From: Utricularia gibba
Lineage: Eukaryota > Plantae > Magnoliophyta
Assembly (NCBI GenBank): GCA_002189035.1
Contig: NEEC01000055.1
Coordinates: forward strand, 1-41,133
DNA length: 41,133 bases
Direction of reading: 5' to 3'
Positions 1-10,600 of this stretch are shown piece by piece; position 1 is the first letter of the stretch; every line of letters starts with the position of its first letter. A program made the position numbers and the translations under genes. The notes beneath the pieces are model-generated. The model did not search any database and was not told where the DNA came from. It saw only the letters and a program-made list of their open reading frames with translations.

Positions 1-343
1 GGCTCGGAACGAGCTTCGAAACGGTATGATATGTGCAACATGACTCATCACCGTTCGCAAGATATCCACTCGATACCGAAGAGTGCACGAGGCCACCATG
101 AGGTTGTGGCTAGGGACACACCATGGCATCTTAAATGATCATCTCGAAATCCAAATTTCACATCGTCCATGAAATACATATGTCTTGCATGTCAAAAATC
201 ACATTCGCATCGAGTCAGGTGTCCCGAGTCACATTTTCGCGAACGTGGTGGCCACTTCGTTGCACATCTGAAGGCTAATATAAGGCAATCTTTCGAGCAT
301 TTGTGCTCCTCGGACGAACAAGTTCTCAACACGAAAGAAGACC
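1..343 (+). repeat. Representative satellite monomer (343 bp)
   Basis: Runs GGCTCGGAACGAGC...GATATCCACTCG...GGCCACCATGAGG...ATGATCATCTCG...ACATATGT...TTCGCGAACGTGGTGGCCAC...GAAGGCTAATATAAGG...CACGAAAGAAGACC, and the next copy starts at 344. Confidence 0.97.
263..306 (+). other. 44-bp conserved core of the monomer (CACATCTGAAGGCTAATATAAGGCAATCTTTCGAGCATTTGTGC)
   Basis: It is retained nearly intact in most units, including many otherwise wrecked units at 10-32 kb (for example at about 14980, 15370, 22505, 23285 and 26740). Confidence 0.8.
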
Positions 344-3300
344 GGCTCGGAACGAGCTTCGAAACGGTATGCTATGTGCAACATGACTCATCACCGTTTG
401 CAAGATATCCACTCGATACCGAAGAGTGCACGAGGCCACCATGAGGTTGTGGCTAGGGACACACTGATGGCATCTTAAAGGATCATCTCGAAATCCGAAA
501 TTTCACATCGTCACATGAAATACATATGTTTGCATGTCAAAAATCACATTCGCATCGAGTCAGGTATCCCGAGTCACATTCTCGCGAACGTGGTGGCCAC
601 TTCGTTGCACATCCGAAGGCTAATATAAGGCAATCTTTCGAGCATTTGTGCAGCCCCGGACGAACAAGTTCTCAACACGAAAGAAGATTGGCTCGGAACG
701 AGCTTCGAAACGGTATGATATGTGCAACATGACTCATCACCGTTCGCAAGATATCCACTCGATACCGAAGAGTGCACGAGGCCACCATGAGGTTGTGGCT
801 AGGGACAACACCATGGCATCTTAAATGATCATCTCGAAATCCGAAATTTTCACATCGTCCCATGAAATACATATGTCTTGCATGTCAAAAATCACATTCG
901 CATCGAGTCAGGTGTCCCGAGTCACATTTTCGCGAATGTGGTGGCCACTTCGTTGCACATCTGAAGGCTAATATAAGGCAATCTTTCGAGCATTTGTGCA
1001 GCCTCGGACGAACAAGTTCTCAACACGAAAGAAGACCGGCTCGGAACGAGCTTCGAAACGGTATGATATGTGCAACATGACTCATCACCGTTTGCAAGAT
1101 ATCCACTCGATACCGAAGAGTGCACGAGGCCACCATGAGTTGTGGCTAGGACACACCCATGGCATCTTAAATGATCATCTCGAAATCCGAAATTTCACAT
1201 CGTCACATGAAATACATATGTTTGCATGTCAAAAATCACATTCGCATCGAGTCAGGTGTCCCGAGTCACATTTTCGCGAACGTGGTGGCCACTTCGTTGC
1301 ACATCTGAAGGCTAATATAAGGCAATCTTTCGAGCATTTGTGCTCCTCGGACGAACAAGTTCTCAACACGAAAGAAGACCGGCTCGGAACGAGCTTCGAA
1401 ACGGTATGATATGTGCAACATGACTCATCACCGTTTGCAAGATATCCACTCGATACCGAAGAGTGCACGAGGCCACCATGAGGTTGTGGCTAGGGACACA
1501 CATCTTAAATGATCATCTCGAAATCCGAAATTTCACATCGTCCCATGAAATACATATGTTTGCATGTCAAAAATCACATTCGCATCGAGTCAGGTGTCCC
1601 GAGTCACATTTCGCGAACGTGGTGGCCACTTCGTTGCACATCTGAAGGCTAATATAAGGCAATCTTTCGAGCATTTGTGCAGCCCCGGACGAACAAGTTC
1701 TCAACACGAAAGAAGATTGGCTCGGAACGAGCTTCGAAACGGTATGATATGTGCAACATGACTCATCACCGTTCGCAAGATATCCACTCGATACCGAAGA
1801 GTGCACGAGGCCACCATGAGTTGTGGCTAGGGACACACCCATGGCATCTTAAATGATCATCTCGAAATCTAAAATTTCACATCGTCCCATGAAATACATA
1901 TGTCTTGCATGTCAAAAATCACATTCGCATCGAGTCAGGTGTCCGAGTCACATTTTCGCGAACGTGGTGGCCACTTCGTTGCCACATCTGAAGGCTAATA
2001 TAAGGCAATCTTTCGAGCATTTGTGCCTCCTCGGACGAACAAGTTCTCAACACGAAAGAAGATGGCTCGGAACGAGCTTCGAAACGGTATGATATGTGCA
2101 ACATGACTCATCACCGTTTGCAAGATATCCACTCGATACCGAAGAGAGTGCACGAGGCCACCATGAGTTGTGGCTAGGACACACCATGGCATCTTAAATG
2201 ATCATCTCGAAATCCAAATTTCACATCGTCCCATGAAATACATATGTCTTGCATGTCAAAATCACATTCGCATCGAGTCAGGTGTCCCGAGTCACATTTC
2301 GCGAACGTGGTGGCCACTGTTGCACATAAGGCTAATATAAGGCAATCTTTCGAGCATTTGTGCCTCCTCGGACGAACAAGTTCTCAACACGAAAGAAGAC
2401 CGGCTCGGAACGAGCTTCGAAACGGTATGATATGTGCAACATGACTCATCACCGTTTGCAAGATATCCACTCGATACCGAAGAGTGCACGAGGCCACCAT
2501 GAGGTTGTGGCTAGGGACACACCCATGGCATCTTAAATGATCATCTCGAAATCCAAATTTCACATCGTCCATGAAATACATATGTCTTGCATGTCAAAAA
2601 TCACATTCGCATCGAGTCAGGTGTCCCGAGTCACATTTTCGCGAATGTGGTGGCCACTTCGTTGCACATCTGAAGGCTAATATAAGGCAATCTTTCGAGC
2701 ATTTGTGCAGCTCGGACGAACAAGTTCTCAACACGAAAGAAGACTGGCTCGGAACGAGCTTCGAAACGGTATGATATGTGCAACATGACTCATCACCGTT
2801 GCAAGATATCCACTCGATACCGAAGAGTGCACGAGGCCACCATGAGGTTGTGGCTAGGGACACACCCATGGCATCTTAAATGATCATCTCGAAATCAAAT
2901 TTCACATCGTCCATGAAATACATATGTCTTGCATGTCAAAAATCACATTCGCATCGAGTCAGGTGTCCGAGTCACATTTCGCGAACGTGGTGGCCACTTC
3001 GTTGCACATCTGAAGGCTAATATAAGGCAATCTTTCGAGCATTTGTGCCTCCTCGGACGAACAAGTTCTCAACACGAAAGAAGACGGCTCGGAACGAGCT
3101 TCGAAACGGTATGATATGTGCAACATGACTCATCACCGTTTGCAAGATATCCACTCGATACCGAAGAGTGCACGAGGCCACCATGAGGTTGTGGCTAGGG
3201 ACACACCCATGGCATCTTAAATGATCATCTCGAAATCCAAATTTCACATCGTCATGAAATACATATGTCTTGCATGTCAAAAATCACATTCGCATCGAGT

Positions 3301-5899
3301 CAGGTGTCCCGAGTCACATTTTCGCGAACGTGGTGGCCACTTCGTTGCACATCTGAAGGCTAATATAAGGCAATCTTTCGAGCATTTGTGCCTCCTCGGA
3401 CGAACAAGTTCTCAACACGAAAGACCGGCTCGAACGAGCTTCGAAACGGTATGATATGTGCAACATGACTCATCACCGTTCGCAAGATATCCACTCGATA
3501 CCGAAGAGTGCACGAGGCCACCATGAGGTTGTGGCTAGGGACACACCATGGCATCTTAAATGATCATCTCGAAATCCAAATTTCACATCGTCCATGAAAT
3601 ACATATGTTTGCATGTCAAAAATCACATTCGCATCGAGTCAGGTGTCCGAGTCACATTTCGCGAACGTGGTGGCCACTTCGTTGCACATCTGAAGGCTAA
3701 TATAAGGCAATCTTTCGAGCATTTGTGCAGCCCCGGACGAACAAGTTCTCAACACGAAAGAAGACGGCTCGGAACGAGCTTCGAAACGGTATGATATGTG
3801 CAACATGACTCATCACCGTTCGCAAGATATCCACTCGATACCGAAGAGTGCACGAGGCCACCATGAGGTTGTGGCTAGGGACACACATGGCATCTTAAAT
3901 GATCATCTCGAAATCCAAATTTCACATCGTCCCATGAAATACATATTCTTGCATGTCAAAAATCACATTCGCATCGAGTCGGTGTCCCGAGTCACATTTT
4001 CGCGAATGTGGTGGCCACTTCGTTGCACATCTGAAGGCTAATATAAGGCAATCTTTCGAGCATTTGTGCAGCCTCGGACGAACAAGTTCTCAACACGAAA
4101 GAAGACGGGCTCGGAACGAGCTTCGAAACGGTATGATATGTGCAACATGACTCATCACCGTTTGCAAGATATCCACTCGATACCGAAGAGTGCACGAGGC
4201 CACCATGAGGTTGTGGCTAGGGACACACCCATGGCATCTTAAATGATCATCTCGAAATCAATTTCACATCGTCCCATGAAATACATACGTCTTGCATGTC
4301 AAAAATCACATTCGCATCGAGTCAGGTGTCCCGAGTCACATTTCGCGAATGTGGTGGCCACTTCGTTGCACATCTGAAGGCTAATATAAGGCAATCTTTC
4401 GAGCATTTGTGCCCTCGGACGAACAAGTTCTCAACACGAAAGAAGACGGCTCGGAACGAGCTTCGAAACGGTATGATATGTGCAACATGACTCATCACCG
4501 TTTGCAAGATATCCACTCGATACCGAAGAGTGCACGAGGCCACCATGAGTTGTGGCTAGGACACACATGGCATCTTAAATGATCATCTCGAAATCCAAAT
4601 TTCACATCGTCATGAAATACATATGTCTTGCATGTCAAAAATCACATTCGCATCGAGTCAGGTGTCCCGAGTCACATTTTCGCGAACGTGGTGGCCACTT
4701 CGTTGCACATCTGAAGGCTAATATAGGCAATCTTTCGAGCATTTGTGCCCTCGGACGAACAAGTTCTCAACACGAAAGAAGACGGCTCGGAACGAGCTTC
4801 GAAACGGTATGATATGTGCAACATGACTCATCACCGTTTGCAAGATATCCACTCGATACCGAAGAGTGCACGAGGCCACCATGAGGTTGTGGCTAGGGAC
4901 ACACCCATGGCATCTTAAATGATCATCTCGAAATCCGAAATTTCACATCGTCCATGAAATACATATGTTTTGCATGTCAAAAATCACATTCGCATCGAGT
5001 CAGGTGTCCCGAGTCACATTTCGCGAACGTGGTGGCCACTTCGTTGCACATCTGAAGGCTAATATAAGGCAATCTTTCGAGCATTTGTGCAGCCCCGGAC
5101 GAACAAGTTCTCAACACGAAAGAAGAAACGAGCTTCGAAACGGTATGATATGTGCAACATGACTCATCACCGTTTGCAAGATATCCACTCGATACCGAAG
5201 AGTGCACGAGGCCACCATGAGGTTGTGGCTAGGGACACACCCATGGCATCTTAAATGATCATCTCGAAATCCAAATTTCACATCGTCCATGAAATACATA
5301 TGTCTTGCATGTCAAAAATCACATTCGCATCGAGTCAGGTGTCCCGAGTCACATTTTCGCGAATGTGGTGGCCACTTCGTTGCACATCTGAAGGCTAATA
5401 TAAGGCAATCTTTCGAGCATTTGTGCCCTCGGACGAACAAGTTCTCAACACGAAAGAAGACGGCTCGGAACGAGCTTCGAAACGGTATGATATGTGCAAC
5501 ATGACTCATCACGTTTGCAAGATATCCACTCGATACCGAAGAGTGCACGAGGCCACCATGAGGTTGTGGCTAGGGACACACCCATGGCATCTTAAATGAT
5601 CATCTCGAAATCCTCACATCGTCATGAAATACATATGTCTTGCATGTCAAAATCACATTCGCATCGAGTCAGGTGTCCCGAGTCACATTTCGCGAACGTG
5701 GTGGCCACTTCGTTGCACATCTGAAGGCTAATATAAGGCAATCTTTCGAGCATTTGTGCCTCCTCGGACGAACAAGTTCTCAACACGAAAGAAGACCGCT
5801 CGGAACGAGCTTCGAAACGGTATGATATGTGCAACATGACTCATCACCGTTTGCAAGATATCCACTCGATACCGAAGAGTGCACGAGGCCACCATGAGG

Positions 5900-8800
5900 T
5901 TGTGGCTAGGGACACACGGCATCTTAAATGATCATCTCGAAATCCAAATTTCACATCGTATGAAATACATATGATCATCTCGAAATCCGAAAACACTTCG
6001 TCGCTAATATAAGGCAATCTTTCGAGCATTTGTGCCCTCGGACGAACAAGTTCTCAACACGAAAGAAGACCGGCTCGGAACGAGCTTCGAAACGGTATGA
6101 TGTGCAACATGACTCATCACCGTTTGCAAGATATCCACTCGATACCGAAGAGTGCACGAGGCCACCATGAGGTTGTGGCTAGGGACATGGCATCTTAAAT
6201 GATCATCTCGAAATCCGTTTCACATCGTCCATGAAATACACATGTCAAAAATCACATTCGCATCGAGTCAGGTGTCCCGAGTCACATTTCGCGAACGTGG
6301 TGGCCACTTCGTTGCACATCTGAAGGCTAATATAAGGCAATCTTTCGAGCATTTGTGCTTCTCAACGAAAGAAGCTCGGAACGAGCTTCGAAACGGTATG
6401 ATATGTGCAACATGACTCATCACCGTTCGCAAGATATCCACTCGATACCGAAGAGTGCACGAGGCCACCATGAGGTTGTGGCTAGGGACACACCCATCCT
6501 CGAGACGAAACGGTCTGTCAGTCACACGAAACATCTGAAGGCTAATATAAGGCAATCTTTCGAGCATTTGTGCACCGGACGAACAAGTTCTCAACACGAA
6601 AGAAGAGGCTCGGAACGAGCTTCGAAACGGTATGATATGTGCAACATGACTCATCACCGTTTGCAAGATATCCACTCGATACCGAAGAGTGCACGAGGCC
6701 ACCATGAGGTTGTGGCTAGGGACACACCCATGGCATCTTAAATGATCATCTCGAAATCCAAATTTCACATCGTCCCATGAAATACATATGTCTTGCATGT
6801 CAAAATCACATTCGCATCGAGTCAGGTGTCCGAGTCACATAAACTTCGTTGCACATCTGAAGGCTAATATAAGGCAATCTTTCGAGCATTTGTGCACGAA
6901 CAAGTTCTCAACATGGCTCGGAACGAGCTTCGAAACGGTATGATATGTGCAACATGACTCATCACCGTTTGCAAGATATCCACTCGATACCGAAGAGTGC
7001 ACGAGGCCACCATGAGTTGTGGCTAGGGACACACCCATGGCATCTTAAATGATCATCTCGAAATCCAAATTTCACATCGTCATGAAATACATATGTCTTG
7101 CATGTCAAAAATCACATTCGCATCGAGTCAGGTGTCCCGAGTCACATTTTCGCGAACGTGGTGGCCACTTCGTTGCACATCTGAAGGCTAATATAAGGCA
7201 ATCTTTCGAGCATTTGTGCCTCCTCGGACGAACAAGTTCTCAACACGAAAGAAGACCGGCTCGGAACGAGCTTCGAAACGGTATGATATGTGCAACATGA
7301 CTCATCACCGTTTGCAAGATATCCACTCGATACCGAAGAGTGCACGAGGCCACCATGAGGTTGTGGCTAGGGACACATGCATCTTAAATGATCATCTCGA
7401 AATCCAAATTTTCTAGGGACATCGTCCATGAAATACATATGTCTTGCATGTCAAAAATCACATTCGCATCGAGTCAGGTGTCCCGAGTCACATTTTCGCG
7501 AACAGTCACATGTCCCGAGTGTTTTGCAACGTGTCAACAAATCACAAGGCAATCTCAGGTGTCTTGGAGTCACGAGCGTTCCCTCACGGAAACTTCGTTG
7601 CACATCTGAAGGCTAATATCAACACGATCTTCGGAACGAGCTTCGAAACGGTATGATATGTGCAACATGACTCATCACCGTGCAAGATATCCACTCGATA
7701 CCGAAGAGTGCACGAGGCACCATGAGGTTGTGGCTAGGGACACACCCATGGCATCTTAAATGATCATCTCGAAATCCGAAATTTCACATCGTCATGAAAT
7801 ACATATGTCTTGCATGTCAAAAATCACATTCGCATCGAGTCAGGTGTCCCGAGTCACATTTTCGCGAACGTGGTGGCCACTTCGTTGCACATCTGAAGGC
7901 TAATATAAGGCAATCTTTCGAGCATTTGTGCCTCCTCGGACGAACAAGTTCTCAACACGAAAGAAGACCGGCTCGGAACGAGCTTCGAAACGGTATGATA
8001 TGTGCAACATGACTCATCACCGTTTGCAAGATATCCACTCGATACCGAAGAGTGCACGAGGCCACCATGAGGTTGTGGCTAGGGACACACCCATGGCATC
8101 TTAAATGATCATCTCGAAATCCAAATTTCACATCGTCCATGAAATACATATGTCTTGCATGTCAAAAATCACATTCGCATCGAGTCAGGTGTCCCGAGTC
8201 ACATTTCGCGAACGTGGTGGCCACTTCGTTGCACATCTGAAGGCTAATATAAGGCAATCTTTCGAGCATTTGTGCCCGGACGAACAAGTTCTCAACACGA
8301 AAGAAGACTCGGAACTCTATGACAACATGACTCATCACCGTAAGATATCCACTCGATACCGAAGAGTGCACGAGGCCACCATGAGGTTGTGGCTAGGGAC
8401 ACACCATGGCATCTTAAATGATCATCTCGAAATCCTTTCACATCGTCCATGAAATACATATCTTGCATGTCAAAAATCACATTCGCATCGAGTCAGGTGT
8501 CCCGAGTCACATTTTCGCGAAACTTCGTTGCACATCTGAAGGCTAATATAAGGCAATCTTTCGAGCATTTGTGCACCTCGGACGAACAAGTTTCAACACG
8601 AAAGAAGACTGGCTCGGAACGAGCTTCGAAACGGTATGATATGTGCAACATGACTCATCACCGTTTGCAAGATATCCACTCGATACCGAAGAGTGCACGA
8701 GGCCACCATGAGGTTGTGGCTAGGGACACACCATGGCATCTTAAATGATCATCTCGAAATCCAAAATTTCACATCGTCCCATGAAATACATATGTCTTGC

Positions 8801-10600
8801 ATGTCAAAATCACATTCGCATCGAGTCAGGTCCGAGTCACATTTTCGCGAACGTGGTGGCCACTTCGTTGCACATCTGAAGGCTAATATAAGGCAATCTT
8901 TCGAGCATTTGTGCCTCGGACGAACAAGTTCTCAACACGAAAGAAGACCGGCTCGGAACGAGCTTCGAAACGGTATGATATGTGCAACATGACTCATCAC
9001 CGTTTGCAAGATATCCACTCGATACCGAAGAGTGCACGAGGCCACCATGAGGTTGTGGCTAGGGACACACCATGGCATCTTAAATGATCATCTCGAAATC
9101 CAAAATTTCACATCGTCCATGAAATACATATGTCTTGCATGTCAAAAATCACATTCGCATCGAGTCAGGTGTCCCGAGTCACATTTTCGCGAACGTGGTG
9201 GCCACTTCGTTGCACATCTGAAGGCTAATATAAGGCAATCTTTCGAGCATTTGTGCCTCCTCGGACGAACAAGTTCTCAACACGAAAGAAGACGGCTCGG
9301 AACGAGCTTCGAAACGGTATGATATGTGCAACATGACTCATCACCGTTTGCAAGATATCCACTCGATACCGAAGAGTGCACGAGGCCACCATGAGGTTGT
9401 GGCTAGGGACACACCCATGGCATCTTAAATGATCATCTCGAAATCAAAATTTCACATCGTCCCATGAAATACATATGTCTTGCATGTCAAAATCACATTC
9501 GCATCGAGTCAGGTGTCCCGAGTCACATTTTCGCGAACGTGGTGGCCACTTCGTTGCACATCTGAAGGCTAATATAAGGCAATCTTTCGAGCATTTGTGC
9601 CGGACGAACAAGTTCTCAACACGAAAGAAGACTGGCTCGGAACGAGCTTCGAAACGGTATGATATGTGCAACATGACTCATCACCGAAGATATCCACTCG
9701 ATACCGAAGAGTGCACGAGGCCACCATGAGGTTGTGGCTAGGGACACACCCATGGCATCTTAAATGATCATCTCGAAATCCAAATTTCACATCGTCCCAT
9801 GAAATACATATGTCTTGCATGCAAAAATCACATTCGCATCGAGTCATGTCCCGAGTCACATTTCGCGAACGTGGTGGCCACTTCGTTGCACATCTGAAGG
9901 CTCAATCTTTCGAGCATTTGTGCGGACGAACAAGTTCTCAACACGAAAGAAGACAACGAGCTTCGAAACGGTATGATATGTGCAACATGACTCATCACCG
10001 TTTGCAAGATATCCACTCGATACCGAAGAGTGCACGAGGCCACCATGAGGTTGTGGCTAGGGACACACCCATGGCATCTTAAATGATCATCTCGAAATCC
10101 AAATTTCACATCGTCATGAAATACATATGTTTGCATAAAAATCACATTCGCAAGTCCCCGAGTCACATGCGAACGTGGTGGCCACTTCGTTGCACATCTG
10201 AAGGCTAATATAAGGCAATCTTTCGAGCATTTGTGCACGAACAAGTTCTCAACACGAAAGAAGACGGCTCGGAACGAGCTTCGAAACGGTATGATATGTG
10301 CAACATGACTCATCACCGTTCAAGATATCCACTCGATACCGAAGAGTGCACGAGGCCACCATGAGGTTGTGGCTAGGGACATGGCATCTTAAATGATCAT
10401 CTCGAAATCCGAAATTTCACATCGTCCATGAAATACATATGTTTGCATGTCAAAAATCACATTCGCATCGAGTCAGGTGTCCGAGTCACATTTTCGCGAA
10501 CGTGGTGGCCACTTCGTTGCACATCTGAAGGCTAATATAAGGCAATCTTTCGAGCATTTGTGCCGGACGAACAAGTTCTCAACACGAAAGAAGACTCGGA
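5900..10600 (+). repeat. Transitional domain: mostly intact monomers with interspersed deleted or scrambled units
   Basis: Disrupted units at about 5950-6010, 6490-6540, 6830-6920, 7490-7630 and 8280-8350 lie between normal copies. Boundaries are approximate. Confidence 0.75.

Larger units (their letters stand above)
1..5900 (+). repeat. Left domain: about 17 near-full-length monomers with domain-enriched variants (CAGCCCCGG/CAGCCTCGG, GAATGTGG, GTTCGCAAG, AGATTGG)
   Basis: Monomer spacing is regular. Differences are mostly 1-bp homopolymer indels plus the listed SNP variants, which I did not see in the right domain. The boundary is approximate. Confidence 0.85.

Noticed and set aside
108-116. 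GGCTAGGG resembling a degenerate plant telomere repeat (TTTAGGG)
   Set aside because: It is a single hexamer-level match per monomer, and no tandem telomeric tract was seen anywhere in the window.
274-284. TATA-like CTAATATAAGG as a Pol II promoter
   Set aside because: It is a short AT patch in a repeat with no downstream gene. It is kept only as part of the conserved-core finding.
1-343. Possible 5S rDNA unit, since the length is similar to some 5S arrays
   Set aside because: I found no recognisable 120-nt 5S gene sequence and no oligo-T terminator.
169-444. Recurrent ORF MKYICLACQKSHSHRVRCPESH..., superficially a CxxC/His zinc-binding peptide
   Set aside because: It is one reading frame of the satellite monomer. 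Copies are broken by 1-bp indels at varying positions with no sign of frame preservation, and I recognise no domain.
6268-6798. Longest ORFs (176 aa on the minus strand here; also 17671-18198 and 31241-31798 on the plus strand)
   Set aside because: They are chance concatenations of monomer frames after deletions removed stop codons, and the peptides simply repeat monomer translations.
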